NCBI GenBank assembly: GCA_002269645.1
Contig: NIVC01000322.1
Span: 1 to 64,000 of the forward strand
Length of the DNA: 64,000 bases
Origin: Macrostomum lignano
Lineage: Eukaryota
Direction of reading: 5' to 3'
A program made the position numbers and the translations under genes. Under the pieces are notes generated by a model. That model did no database searches, had not been told where the DNA came from, and was given only the letters and a program-made list of their open reading frames with translations. Of the stretch, positions 42,215 through 56,590 are shown piece by piece; the stretch's first letter is position 1; the number at the start of each line of letters is the position of its first letter.

Positions 42215-43340
42215 TTATTAATCCATTCTAATTATTAGTAGAATTATTATTATAAGCGATAGTTTAGCAATCCATTATAATTATTAGTAGGATTATTATT
42301 ATAGGCGATAGATTAGCAATCCATTCTAACTATTAGTAGTATTATTATTATGGTATAAGCGATAGATTAGCAATCCACTATAATTATTAGTAGGATGATT
42401 ATATAAGCGATAGATTAGCAATCCATTCTAACTATTAGTATAATTATTATAAGCGATAGATTAGCAATCCACTATGATTATTAGTAGGATGATTATATAA
42501 GCGATAGATTAGCAATCCATTCTAATTATTAGTAGGATTATTATTATAAGCGATAGATTAGCAATCCATTCTAATTATTAGTAAGATTTATTTTAAGCGA
42601 TAGATTAGCAATCCATTCTAATTATTAGTAAGATTTATTATAAGCGATAGATTAGCAATCCATTCTAACTATTAGTAGTATTATTATTATAAGCGATAGA
42701 TTAGCAATCCACTATAATTATTAGTAGGATTATTAATATAGGCGATAGATTAGCAATCCATTCTAATTATTAGTAGGATTATTATTATAAGCAATAGATT
42801 AGCAATCCATTATAATTATTAGTAAGATTTATTATAAGCGATAGATTAGCAATCCATTCTAACTATTAGTAGTATTATTATTATAAGCGATAGATTAGCA
42901 ATCCACTATAATTATTAGTAGGATGATTATATAAGCGATAGATTAGCAATCCATTCTAACTATTAGTATTATTATTATAAGCGATAGATTAGCAATCCAC
43001 TATGATTATTACTAGGATGATTATATAAGCGATAGATTAGCAATCCATTCTAATTATTAGTAGGATTATTATTATAAGCGATAGATTAGCAATCCATTCT
43101 AATTATTAGTAAGATTTATTATAAGCGATAGATTAGCAATCCATTCTAACTATTAGTAGTATTATTATTATAAGCGATAGATTAGCAATCCACTATAATT
43201 ATTAGTAGGATTATTAATATAGGCGATAGATTAGCAATCCATTCTAATTATTAGTAGGATTATTAATATAGGCGATAGATTAGCAATCCATTCTAATTAT
43301 TAGTAGGATTATTATTATAAGCAATAGATTAGCAATCCAC
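42215..43340. repeat. About 48-50-bp AT-rich minisatellite upstream of tubby
   Basis: AAGCGATAGATTAGCAATCCATTCTAATTATTAGTAGGATTATTATTAT variants. Confidence 0.95.
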
Positions 43341-43396
43341 TCCCTCAAATCCGAACTCCAGAGCTGCCCAGCAGTAGCAAATCCCAGATCAGTGAC

Positions 43397-46300
43397 ATGT
43401 CAGACCCCCAGCTGAGGCAGCAGCTCAATCAGCGTCAGCTCGACCTGGCCCAGCAGAAAGCACAGAAACGTATCGCAATGTCTACAGCAATTGTTCAGCG
43501 CAACAGCTCCGCTGCCAGCATGCAGGGCTCTCGCCCCGGCAGCGCCACGGCTGGCAAAGAGAACGAAAGGTCGCCTCTGCTATTGCCGATTCTGGGCCTG
43601 AATGCTGGAGAGCGGGCTTCCCACTTTGGTGAGAATTTGTTGTTTTACTCCAATTACCATTTTTCTTCTCCTGTCTTTAGTTCACTTTCCTGTTGCTGCA
43701 ATCTTCCTAGGCCTTATCCTCCATTAGGTTTCTCTAATCCCCTTTTAGATATCTTTAATCCCTTTTCGATATTCCTGATCCCCTATTCGACATACCTAAT
43801 CCTCTATTCGATATCCCTAATCTCCTGTTTGATATCCCAAATCCCATATTCGATGTCCCTTATCCCTCATTTCTTTTCCATCCATCTCTCTAATCCCCTT
43901 ACCTAATCCCTCTAATCCCCTTCCCCTTCCCTCTAGTCCCCTTCCCCATCTCTCTAATCCCCTTTCTCCATCTTCAAAACCCGTTTCCCCACCTCTCTAA
44001 TTCCTTTCCCTTTCTTTATCTCTCTAATCTCCTTTCCCTATCTCTCTATTCCCCTTTCTTCATCTTCATAAACCCGTTTACCATCTCTCTAATCTCTTCC
44101 CCTTTCCCCATCTCTCTAATCCCTTTTCCCCATCTCTCTAATCCCCTTTCCTATCTCTCTAATCCCCTTTCCCCATCTCTCTAATCGCCTTTCTCCATCT
44201 CTGTAATCGCTTTTCCCATCTCTTTACTCACCTTTCCTCACCACTTCAACACAGTCTCCCTCATTCCCAATATCCTCTTTAATTAAATCTCCCTGATCCC
44301 AATTTCCTATCCGAGCCATCAGCAGTGATTACGCAATCAGAAAACTAAACTTCCCAAATCCCCATTATCACCTTCCAGCTTACGACGGTCCCCAAGCATT
44401 TCAAAATCCTGACGGTCCATCGCCAACGCACCAACTGGAAGCCGTGGCAGCGAAAATGAGCTCACTGGAGCTGTCCGCCAGCCCCAATGCAGCTTCCTGC
44501 TCCAACAGCATCATCAACAAACCAGCACTTAGCGGTGCTGACAGCAACTTTAACAGTCCGCAGCATCGAATGCTCAGCAGCTCAAATGCTAGCAGTGCGA
44601 ATGGAACTCCGAGAAGTGTGAGCTCACTTTAATAATTGCCTGTCCGTGTATTCCGGTAGGGGCATTATGCAAAGCTCGAATCTTCACACAAACTTGAAAC
44701 TCCATAAATTCGATATTCACTAATTAGATTATTCACAACCTCAAATATGAAAACTTAAATATTCACAAACTCGACTCTTCACTAACTCGACTATTCACAA
44801 ACTTGACTATTCACAAATATGAATATTCACAAATTAGACTATTCACAAACTCGACTATTCACAAACTCGACTATTCACAAATTCGACTATTCACAAACTC
44901 GACTATTCACAAACTTGACTATTCACAAATCCGACTATTCACAAACTTGACTATTCACAAATTTGACTATTCACAAATTCGACTATTCACAAACTTGACT
45001 ATTCACAAACTTGACTATTCACAAACTCGACTATTCACAAACTCAACTATTCACCAATTCGACTATTCACAAATTCGACTATTCACAAACTTGACTATTC
45101 ACAAACTTGACTATTCACAAACTTGACTATTCACAAACTCAACTATTCACCAATTCGACTATTCACGAATTCGACTATTCACGAATTCGACTATTCACAA
45201 ACTTGACTATTCACAAACTTGACTATTCGCAAACTTGACTATTCACAAACTCAACTATTCACCAATTCGACTATTCACGAATTCGACTATTCACGAATTC
45301 GACTATTCACGAATTCGACTATTCACAAACTTGACTATTCACAAACTTGACTATTCGCAAACTTGACTATTCACAAACTTGACTATTCACAAACTTGACT
45401 ATTCACAAATCCGACTATTCACAAACTTGACTATTCACAAACTTGACTATTCACAAATTCGACTATTCACAAACTTGACTATTCACAAACTCGACTATTC
45501 ACAAACTCAACTATTCACCAATTCGACTATTCACGAATTCGACTATTCACGAATTCGACTATTCACAAACTTGACTATTCACAAATATGAATATTCACAA
45601 ATTAGACTATTCACAAACTCGACTATTCACAAACTCGATTTCACAAATTAGACTATTCACAAACTCGACTATTCACAAACTTGACTATTCACAAACTCGA
45701 CTATTCACAAATTCGACTATTCACAAAGTCGACTATTCACGAATTTGACTATTCACAAACTCAACTATTCACAAATTCGACTATTCACAAACTCAACTAT
45801 TCACAAATTCGACTATTCACAAATTCGAATCTTCACAATTCAAAACTTCAAAGCCCGAATCTAAGATTGCATGTATAGTATGCTTAAAGTATAGTTTTTT
45901 GTTTCAACATTTGTAGCAACTCTTGTTTTATCTGCTTGACTGCATGAATGACTATCTAGAATTTCGATAGTGAAAATGAATGTATTTTGTTATATTGGAG
46001 TTGAAAATCATTATTTAGATTTAGTGCCTCTATTAGTGCTTCTTGTGTTTATATTGATTTATGCTTGCGTGTAAATAGTTCACTGGCTAAGTTTGTTAGT
46101 AACTTGATTGTGGGTCAGGGTTGGGTTCAGTGGGTCAGGGTCGGGTGTAGTGGGTCAGGGTCGGGTGTAGTGGGTCAGGGTCGGGTGTAGTGGGTCAGGG
46201 TCAGGTGTAGTGGGTCAGGGTCGGGTGTAGTGGGTCAGGGTCGGGTGTAGTGGGTCAGGGTCGGGTATAGTGGGTCAGGGTCGGGTGTAGTGGGTCAGGG

Positions 46301-49300
46301 TCGGGTGTAGTGGGTCAGGGTCAGGTGTAGTGGGTCAGGGTCAGGTGTAGTGGGTCAGCGTTGGGTGTAGTGGGACAGGGTCGGGTGTAGTGGGTCAGGG
46401 TCGGGTGTAGTGGGTCAGGGTCAGGTGTAGTGGGTCAGCGTTGGGTGTAGTGGGTCAGGGTCGGGTGTAGTCGGTCAGGGTCGGGTGTAGTGGGTCAGGG
46501 TCGGGTGTAGTGGGTCAGGGTCGGGTGTAGTGGGTCAGGGTCAGGTGTAGGGGGTCAGGGTCGGGTTTAGGGGGTCAGGGTCGGGTGCAGTTGGTCAGGG
46601 TCGGGTGTAGTGGGTCAGGGTCGGGTGTAGTGGGTCAGGGTCGGGTGTAGTGGGTCAGGGTCGGGTGTAGTGGGTCAGGGTCGGGTGTAGTGGGTCAGGG
46701 TCGGGTGTAGTGGGTCAGGGGTACCAGTAAATTTTGAGGTCAATGTTGTGATTCAATTAGCGTACGAACCATCTTAGTCAATGAATTCAATAAACGGAAC
46801 GCTTCATAAACAGACTTTCATTTCCTACAAAACTTTAAAGCATGAGCAGTCATCGGTGCGGCAGAGCAGAATGCCGGTGAGTGAGTCGGGCAATCTGGCC
46901 AAGATGGCGCACATGAGACGCTGCAAGTTAAAAACTTCCACCCGTGCGGATTTTCTGCGCGAGCAGCAGTTGCTGGAGGTGAATGCTGAGAATAGAGTGC
47001 CAGGCAAGACAAAATGGATTGTTGTGCAGCAGCGGGATCAGCAGAGTGAGCAGCTAGAGCAGCAGGAGCAGCATGAGCAGCAAAATGAGCGACAAAATGA
47101 GCAGCAGAAGCAGAAAAATGAGCAACAAGAGCAGCAGAAGCAGCAAAATGAGCAACAAAAGCAGCAGAATGAGCAGCAGAAGCAAAAAAATGAGCAGCAA
47201 GAGCAGCAGAAGCAGCAAGAGCAACTGAATGAGCAGCAGAATGAGCAGCAGAAGCAGCAAGAGCAACTGAATGAGCAGCAGAATGAGCAGCAGAAGCAGC
47301 AAGAGCAACTGAATAAGCAGCAGAATGAGCAGCAGAATGAGCAGCAGAAGCAGCAGCAGAAGCAGCAAAAGCAACTGAATGAGCAGCAGAAGCAGCAAGA
47401 GCAACCGAATGAGCAGCAGAAGCAGCAAGAGCAGCAGAATGAGCAGCAGAAGCAGCAAGAGCAACTGAATGAGCAGCAGAATGAGCAGCAGAAGCAGCAA
47501 GAGCAACTAAATGAGCAGCAGAAGCAGCAAGAGCAGCAGAATGAGCAACAGAATGAACAGCAGAAGCAAGAGCAGCAGCAGAAGCAGCACAACCAGCACT
47601 AAAAGCAGCAGAATGGGCGCCAGGAGCAGCAAAAAAAATATATCAACTAAATTTTAAGCATTTTTGGGCGAAAGAGAAGAGAGGTAGAATGAAAGAGAAT
47701 GAGCAGGGAGAAGAGAGGTAGATAAGAGATAAGAGAGGTAAATAGTTATAGAAGAGAGGTAGGTAGATAAAAGCAGCAAAAGCAGCAGAATGAGCACCAG
47801 GAGCAGCAAAAGCAGCAGAATGAGCACCAGAAGCAGAAAAAACGGCAAAAGCAGCAAAGCAGCAGAATGAGCATCAGGAGCAGCAAAAACAGCAAAAGCA
47901 GCAAAAGCAGCAGAATGAGCATCAGGAGCAGCAAAAACGGCAAAAGCAGCAGAATGAGCACCGGGAGCAGCAGGAGCAGCTAAAGGAAGCAAAACAAAAG
48001 CAGCAGTAGCAGCCGCCCAATGAGCTGCGCAATCGCACCTCAGCTGGCTCACAAGAGACGCCGCAAGCTGAAGACGTCCACCACGGCAGAAGAAACCGCT
48101 CCCAGCAGCTGTTGGAGCTGCACGATGAAGATGCAGCGGTAGTGAACGATACCAGCAATATTGAGGTCTCTTCCTAGTTGATGTCTTTGTGCCACTTTAC
48201 TCTGATTTTTTAATCGCGCACACAGACTACCTTCTGCTTTCCTCACGTCGCTAAATAAGGTGTCGTGTTTAACTTTTTAACTTGAAACTTTTGCTTTCGT
48301 GGAGTTTCTTTTCATTTTTATATATAGTAACTAAAAGACTGGAATACCGGTCAAACCTTAGAGATTTAGTATATTGTGAATAGCCCAAGTTTAGTGGTGT
48401 TCCGGGTCGTCGCCATGAATTTTATGGTGGGGGGACAAAGCAATGAATTTTACATGTACATGTACATGACTAAATTTCTACATGTACATTTTTTTAAGAT
48501 CGGTGTTGTCAGCGCTCATTATAGCGCCGCAGACACTCATTTTAGCGCCACAGGCACTCATTTTAGCGCAAGAGGCACTCATTTTAGCGCCACAGGCACT
48601 CATTTTAGCGCAAGAGGCACTCATTTTAGCGCCGCAGGCACTCATTTTAGCGCAAGAGGCACTCATTTTAGCGCCGCAGGCACTCATTTTAGCGCAAGAG
48701 GCACTCATTTTAGCGCCGCAGGCACTCATTTTAGCGCCGCAGGCACTCATTTTAGCGCCACAGGCACTCATTTTAGCGCAAGAGGCACTCATTTTAGCGC
48801 CGCAGACACTCGTTTTAGCGCCGCAGACAGTCAATTTAGCGCCGCAGGCACTCATTTTAGCGCCGCAGGCACTTATTTTAGCGCCGCAGGCAGTCATTTT
48901 AGCGCCGCAGGCAGTCAATTTAGCGCCACAGGCACTCATTTTAGCGCAAGAGGCACTCATTTTAGCGCCGCAGGCACTCATTTTAGCGCAAGAGGCACTC
49001 ATTTTAGCGCCGCAGGCACTCATTTTAGCGCCGCAGGCACTCATTTTAGCGCCACAGGCACTCATTTTAGCGCAAGAGGCACTCATTTTAGCGCCGCAGG
49101 CACTCATTTTAGCGCCGCAGACACTCATTTTAGCGCCACAGGCACTCATTTTAGCGCAAGAGGCACTCATTTTAGCGCCGCAGGCACTCATTTTAGCGCC
49201 GCAGACACTCATTTTAGCGCCGCAGACAGTCAATTTAGCGCAAGAGGCACTCATTTTAGCGCCGCAGGCACTCATTTTAGCGCAAGAGGCACTCATTTTA

Positions 49301-52300
49301 GCGCCACAGGCACTCATTTTAGCGCAAGAGGCACTCATTTTAGCGCCGCAGGCACTCATTTTAGCGCCGCAGGCACTCATTTTAGCGCCGCAGGCACTCA
49401 TTTTAGCGCCGCAGGCACTCATTTTAGCGCCGCAGGCACTCATTTTAGCGCAAGAGGCACTCATTTTAGCGCCGCAGGCACTCATTTTAGCGCCGCAGGC
49501 ACTCATTTTAGCGCCACAGGCACTCATTTTAGCGCAAGAGGCACTCATTTTAGCGCCGCAGGCACTCATTTTAGCGCCGCAGACACTCATTTTAGCGCCA
49601 CAGGCACTCATTTTAGCGCAAGAGGCACTCATTTTAGCGCCGCAGGCACTCATTTTAGCGCCACAGGCACTCATTTTAGCGCAAGAGGCACTCATTTTAG
49701 CGCCGCAGGCACTCATTTTAGCGCCGCAGGCACTCATTTTAGCGCCGCAGGCACTCATTTTAGCGCCGCAGGCACTCATTTTAGCGCCACAGGCACTTAT
49801 TTTAGCGCCGCAGGCACTCATTTTAGCGCCGCAGGCAGTCAATTTAGCGCCACAGGCACTCATTTTAGCGCCGCAGGCACTCATTTTAGCGCCGCAGGCA
49901 CTCATTTTAGCGCCGCAGGCAGTCAATTTAGCGCCACAGGCACTCATTTTAGCGCCGCAGGCACTCATTTTAGCGCCGCAGGCACTCATTTTAGCACCAC
50001 AGGCACTCATTTTAGCGCCCTGAAACAAAATTATTGCTTTACACAACGGGTCATAAGGTGAAGTGGGGGGAACAAAGCATTGCCATGTCCCCCCCCCCAT
50101 AGCTTTTACTGGGGGACTGGGGGCAGATGTGCCCCCTGTCTCCCCCCCCCCTTGGTGGCGACGCCCCTGATGTTGTTTATAATCAAAATTTTCTAATTTA
50201 GTTCTCATATTACTTCACTTACTTTGCGTTCCCTAACATTCTAACAAATTCTAACTATTTTGTATACATTATATAAAGAGGTAAATAAGTACAATCTAAT
50301 TCAACCACTTATCTTAATAAGCTATAGGAAATGAAATTTTCAAAATTTATCACTATGAAGGCTTAACATTTGTAGATTATGTTTACAGCTTAACTTGATC
50401 AACCTTAATTGGTGGCATACTTTGTACCTAATATTTTTTCTCTATCTTCTGTTTGCTAACTGTTTGCCTGCTTGATGCTGGTGGCAGCTGTGAAGGCACT
50501 GCAGTACTGGCTTGAGTGTGAGAGACTGCTGCAGAGACTAGCTAGATATGTTAACTGAAATCTAACATCTTTTCTTGGTCCTGCGATTGAGCGGAAAAAG
50601 TGGGACAGATAACTACTGATTAAGTAGATAGAAAGGTAGATAGTTAGATAAAAGAGGTAGCTAGAGAAAGAAGAGAGGCCTAGATAGAGATAAGAAAGGT
50701 AGATAAAGAGAGAGAGGAGAGGGTTAGATTGAGAGAGAAGAGCGATAGAGAGGGGAGGGGTAGATAGAGAGGAGGAGAAGTAGATAGAGAGGAGGAGGGT
50801 AGATAGAGAGGAGGAGGGGTAGATAGAGAGGAGGAGGGGTAGATAGAGAGGAGGAGGGGTAGATAGAGAGGAGGAGGGGTAGATAGAGAGGAGAGGGGTA
50901 GATAGAGAGGAGGAGGGGTAGATAGAGAGGAGGAGGGTAGATAGAGAGGAGGAGGGGTAGATAGAGAGGAGGAGGGGTAGATAGAGAGGAGGAGGGGTAG
51001 ATAGAGAGGAGGAGGGGTAGATAGAGAGGAGGAGGGGTAGATAGAGAGGAGGAGGGGTAGATAGAGAGGAGGAGGGGTAGATAGAGAGGAGGAGGGTAGA
51101 TAGAGAGGAGGAGGGGTAGATAGAGAGGAGGAGGGGTAGATAGAGAGGAGGAGGGTAGATAGAGAGAGGAGGGGTAGATAGAGAGGAGGAGGGGTAGATA
51201 GAGAGGAGGAGGGGTAGATAGAGAGGAGGGGTAGATAGAGAGGAGGGGTAGATAGAGAGGAGGGGTAGATAGAGAGGAGGGGTAGATAGAGAGGAGGGGT
51301 AGATAGAGAGGAGGGGTAGAAACGAGAATGTAGGTAGATAACAAGAGAAGAGAACAATTGCAGTAGACGCAGATAAGAAAAGTATATAGAAATTTTTAAA
51401 AGCGGTCAGAAAAACTTTTGAGCAGTAATTTTGCCAGTCAGCAATAAAAACAGACTCAGCCGCACACTCTTACAGCACAGATTCCAATGCAGTGCTCAAA
51501 CTTCAAACAAACCTCCCCCTATCTGCCCACCAACCCGCAGTCGCTACGGCTTCAGCCTTTTCACCAGACCGACATCCCGGATCTGGGCGACTTCGCCCTT
51601 CAACCAGCGGGCAGAGACGCGGCCGGATCGCTGAAGTGTCGCATCAGCCGACACTCCCGCGGCATGGACGGGTCCCGCTACCCGACCTACTATCTGCATC
51701 TGGAACGCGACGATGGCAAACGAAGCTTCTTGCTGGCCGCCAGAAAGCGCAAACGTTCGTCAACATCAAACTACTTGATCTCCTGCGATCCCACCGATTT
51801 AAGTCGACGCGGCGAGGGCTACGTTGGAAAGTTGAGAGCAAATTTTCTTGGGACAGCGTTCACCGTGTTTGATTCAGGATTGTCGCCGAAGAAGCTCACT
51901 GCGGCCAAGTCACCGGAGGCTAGTAGGAGGGAGCTGGCTGGGATCACCTACGAGACTAACGTGCTGGGATTTCGCGGCCCCAGGAAAATGACTGTGGTCC
52001 TGCCAGCGATGTTGGAGGCTGAGGAGGGCGACTGCGTCAGGGTGGACATCAGACCGAATTCTGAGGAGGAGGGGCTGGTTGAGAGGCTGAAACGGAGGGA
52101 GATGTCGCATCTGATGGAGCTGCATAACCGAACTCCGGTTTGGAATGAGGGTGAGTTGCTGGGATCTGGGACTGACTATTGGGATCTGGGACTGATTGTT
52201 GGGATCTGGGACTGACTATTGGGGTCTGGGACTAACTGTTGGGATCTGGGACTAACTGTTGAGATCTGGGACTAACTGTTGAGATCTGGGACTAACTGTT

Positions 52301-55300
52301 GAGATCTGGGACTGACTATTGGGATCTGGGACTAACTATTGGGATCTGGGACTAACTGTTGAGATCTGGGACTGCTTGTTGGGATCTGGGACTGATTGTT
52401 GGGATCTAGAACTGATTGTTGGGATTTGGGACTGGTTGTTGGGATTTGGGACTGCTTGTTGGGATCTGGGACTGATTGTTGGGATCTAGAACTGATTGTT
52501 GGGATTTGGGACTGGTTGTTGGGATTTGGGACTGATTGTTGGGATCTGGGACTGATTGTTGGGATCTAGAACTGATTGTTGGGATTTGGGACTGGTTGTT
52601 GGGATCTGGGACTGATTGTTGGGATCTAGAACTGATTGTTGGGATTTGGGACTGGTTGTTGGGATTTGGGACTGATTGTTGGGATCTAAAACTGATTGTT
52701 GGGATCTGGGACTGGTTGTTGGGATTTGGGACTGATTGTTGGGATCTAGAACTGACTATTGGGATCTGGGACTGATTGTTGGGATCTAGAACTGATTGTT
52801 GGGATTTCTTGAGGTTTTGTGATTCAGTGAGTATGTGAAATCTCGTTAGCTGGCTTTTTATTTTATCTCATAATTTCAGCAGCCAATCACACAGGGGCAA
52901 CTATTTTGCATCAGCATTATGCATGGCTTATAAATATTATATCTATACATATATTGCCGTATTACTGTATTATCTGTGCGAAATGAGATTTGAATAAATT
53001 TGCCTGCTTAGAGGATTTGAGCGAGTTTCGAGAATTTTCTCTCTCTGCTCGCTCATGCGAAGTTTAGCTCCCTAACCTAAGCTTTGGGGTCGTTATGGGC
53101 AGAGTTGAGTGTGTCTGGAGACTGACGGGGGCGGGGCCGCCCTGATCCTGGGTGTGCTATGGATTAATGTTTATCGCAAATCTTTGACTGACCTGACTGA
53201 ACTATTCTTTTGGAAATATTTTTTTAGCTGCAAATTTCCCGTGGATGGCTAAAGTGATGGCTGAGACAGTGGGCACATTCAATTGAGACAGTGGACATAT
53301 TTAATTGAGACAGTGAGGACACATTCACTAGAGACAGTGAGGACACATTCAATTGAGACAGTGAGGACACATTCAATTGAGACAGTGAGGACACATTCAA
53401 TTGAGACAGTGAGGACACATTCAATTGAGACAGTGGACACATTTAATTGAGACAGTGGACACATTTAATTGAGACAGTGGACACATTTAATTGAGACAGT
53501 GGACACATTCAATTGAGACAGTGGACACATTCAATTGAGACAGTGAGGACACATTCAATTGAGACAGTGGGCACATTTAATTGAGACAGTGGACACATTT
53601 AATTGAGACAGTGGACACATTTAATTGAGACAGTGGACACATTTAATTGAGACAGTGTGGACACATTCAATTGAGACAGTGGGCACATTTAATTGAGACA
53701 GTGGACACATTTAATTGAGACAGTGGACACATTTAATTGAGACAGTGGACACATTTAATTGAGACAGTGAGGACACATTTAATTGAGACAGTGGACACAT
53801 TTAATTGAGACAGTGGACACATTTAATTGAGACAGTGGACACATTTAATTGAGACAGTGGACACATTCAGTTGAGACAGTGGACACATTTAATTGAGACA
53901 GTGGACACATTTAATTGAGACAGTGGACACATTCAGTTGAGACAGTGGACACATTTAATTGAGACAGTGGACACATTTAATTGAGACAGTGGACACATTT
54001 AATTGAGACAATGGACACATTTAATTGAGACAGTGGACACATTCAGTTGAGACAGTGGACACATTCCATTGAGACAGTGAGGACACATTCAGTTGAGACA
54101 GTGGACACATTCAATTGAGACAGTGGACACATTCAGTTGAGACAGTGGACACATTCAATTGAGACAGTGGACACATTCAGTTGAGACAGTGAGGACACAT
54201 TCAGTTGAGACAGTGGACACATTCAGTTGAGACAGTGGACACATTCCATTGAGATAGTGGACACTTTCAGTTTAGACAGTGGACACATTCCATTGAGACA
54301 GTGAGGACACATTCAATTGAGGCAGTGAGGACACATTCAATTGAGACAGTGAGGACACATTCAATTGAGGCAGTGAGGACACATTCAATTGAGACAGTGA
54401 GGACACATTCAATTGAGGCAGTGAGGACACATTCAATTGAGACAGTGAGGACACATTCAATTGAGACAGTGGACACATTTAATTGAGACAGTGGACACAT
54501 TTAATTGAGACAGTGGACACATTTAATTGAGACAGTGGACACATTCAATTGAGACAGTGGACACATTCAATTGAGACAGTGAGGACACATTCAATTGAGA
54601 CAGTGGGCACATTTAATTGAGACAGTGGACACATTTAATTGAGACAGTGGACACATTTAATTGAGACAGTGGACACATTTAATTGAGACAGTGTGGACAC
54701 ATTCAATTGAGACAGTGGGCACATTTAATTGAGACAGTGGACACATTTAATTGAGACAGTGGACACATTTAATTGAGACAGTAGACACATTCACATGAGA
54801 CAGTGAGGACACATTTACATGAGACAGGGGACACTTTCAGTTGAGACAATTAAAGCTCTTTAACTTTGCTGCATGTGTTTATCAAGATCCAAGTCTAACG
54901 CTTTCTTCCGCATCTCTGTAGCTATTCAAAAGTTGATAAATTATACTCTCTACAGTTTTATAACACCCTATGCCCAGTGCATGTATACTCCCATTCATTG
55001 TATAAGCTTAAGCTTATTAAATAAATATGATTTATAATGCCTTCGGGTGGAACATAAAATAACTATCATACTTTATTATAGTAATCGGATGCATCCATTT
55101 TTGAAATGATTGAGTGCTTTGTCGCAGTTAAGTTAACCTGCAGACTCAATTTCAAGCCTTGAATCACAATGCGCAGTCTGATTATATTGTCGTATGAACC
55201 TTTACAGAGACCCAGTCCTATGTGCTCAACTTTCACGGTCGGGTCACTCAAGCGTCGGTTAAAAATTTTCAAATCGTTCGCGACAACGATGGTGAGTCCA

Positions 55301-56008
55301 TTTGGGTAACCAGCTAATGACCTTTGAGTTATTGACCAACTAATGACCTTCATGAGCTAATGACCAACTAATGACCTTCATGAGCTAATGACCAACTAAT
55401 GACTTTCATGAGTTAATGACATTCATGAGTTAATGACCAACTAATGACCTTTATGAGTTATTGACCAACTAATGACCTTTATGAGCTAATGACCAACTAT
55501 AATGACCTTTATGAGTTTATGACCAACTATAATGACCTTCATGAGCTTATGACCAACTAATAAACTTCATGACTGAATGAGCAACCCAATGACCTTCATA
55601 GAAGCTTTATGATCAATTCAATGACCTTCACAGAGGTTCAATGACCAACCTTATGACCTTCATAGAATCTCAAGGACCAACCCAATGACCTTCATCAAAG
55701 CTTTATGATCAATCCAATGACCGTTTTAGAGACTCAATGACCTTCATAAAAATGAGACAGTGGACAAATTTAGTTGCGACAAGAAATTTTATCACAAGCA
55801 CCTTTATTTTTTTGCCACAAGATTTTATTTACAATCTTTGAACTCAAATAGCCCCTCATCATTAAAATTCGCAGTGGACCAAATCGTGATGCAGTTCGGC
55901 CGAATATCAGACGACTTGTTCACCATGGACTTTGCTTATCCGCTGTGCCCTCTGCAAGCCTTTGGCATTGCTCTGTCCTCGTTTGACAGCAAACTGGCTT
56001 GCGAATGA
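43397..56008 (+). CDS. TUB: Tubby/TULP family protein, 5 exons, ~430 aa
   Basis: Exons 43397-43628, 44379-44617, ~51541-52150, 55208-55291, 55875-56008; phase-compatible, sum 1299 nt. Motifs [59 protein letters not shown] and [25 protein letters not shown]. The exon-3 acceptor could be 51540, 51555 or 51567. Confidence 0.95.
43700..44300. repeat. Pyrimidine-rich degenerate intronic repeat
   Basis: CATCTCTCTAATCCCCTTTCCC-like units. Confidence 0.7.
44760..45835. repeat. 16-bp intronic minisatellite
   Basis: (GACTATTCACAAACTT)n variants. Confidence 0.95.
46115..46720. repeat. 20-bp G-rich minisatellite
   Basis: (GTGGGTCAGGGTCGGGTGTA)n. Confidence 0.95.
46781..48142 (+). other. CAG-rich low-complexity block with a 273-aa Q/E/N-rich ORF (46781-47602) and a duplicated basic motif; coding status uncertain
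   Basis: GAGCAGCAGAAT/AAGCAGCAA repeats at 47035-48010, flanked by [12 protein letters not shown] and [12 protein letters not shown]. Tubby splices in frame without this block. Confidence 0.35.
48402..50169. mobile_element. hAT-like non-autonomous element (~1.77 kb) whose interior is a 21-bp minisatellite
   Basis: 14-bp imperfect TIRs (CCGGGTCGTCGCCA vs reverse complement CAGGGGCGTCGCCA, 12/14); 8-bp flanks GTGGTGTT/ATGTTGTT (6/8); GGGGG(G/A)ACAAAGCA near both ends of the array. Confidence 0.65.
48530..50020. repeat. 21-bp minisatellite, ~70 copies
   Basis: (CATTTTAGCGCCGCAGGCACT)n with CAAGA/CCACA variants. Confidence 0.97.
50720..51320. repeat. Purine-only (GAGGAGGGGTAGATAGA)n repeat
   Basis: 17-20-bp units, almost entirely A/G. 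Confidence 0.9.
52160..52806. repeat. 20-bp intronic minisatellite starting at a tubby donor
   Basis: (GGGATCTGGGACTGATTGTT)n. Confidence 0.93.
53262..54845. repeat. 22/24-bp intronic minisatellite with a higher-order block duplication
   Basis: (GAGACAGTGGACACATTTAATT)n; the variant pattern at ~53460-53760 recurs at ~54480-54780. Confidence 0.95.
55310..55745. repeat. About 28-bp intronic repeat
   Basis: ATGACCTTCATGAGCTAATGACCAACTA variants. Confidence 0.85.
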
Positions 56009-56219
56009 TGCCGGCTTTTGCCATGTGGGATGCTGTTATCGCGTGATTCTGCAGCTCTGCTTTTAATCTCTTTTTTGATCGAATTTCTTTTTGGGCAATT
56101 TTCTTGTAATAGGTCTGGCATTTCGATCTGTGCTTGCTTTATTTTCCTGTCGATCAGCTGTTTCAGCCACTCTTCTCACGTTCTGTCTCGTCTCTCATTC
56201 AATATAATGTTTTAAGCTC

Positions 56220-56590
56220 TCTTGTCTACTTCTCTCCCCTCCCTTATCTACTTCTCTCCCCTCCCTTATCTACTTCTCTCCCCTCCCTTATCTACAATAC
56301 TTTTCCTCTCACCCTTATCATTTTTTTATCTCCCTTATCGACTTTTTTCTCTTCCTCATCTACCTCTCTTCTCCCTTATCTACTTCTCTTCCTTATCTAC
56401 TTCTCTTCTTTCCCTTATCTACTTCTCTTCTCTTCCTTATCTACCTCTCTTCTCCCTTATCTACTTCTCTTCTCTTCCTTATCTACCTCTCTTCTCCCTA
56501 TCTACTTCTCTTCCTTATCTACTTCTCTTCTCACCTTTATCTACTTCTCTTCTCACCTTCATCTACTTCTCTTCCCACCCTTATCTACTT
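56220..56590. repeat. CT-rich repeat in tubby 3' region
   Basis: CTTATCTACTTCTCT units. Confidence 0.85.
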
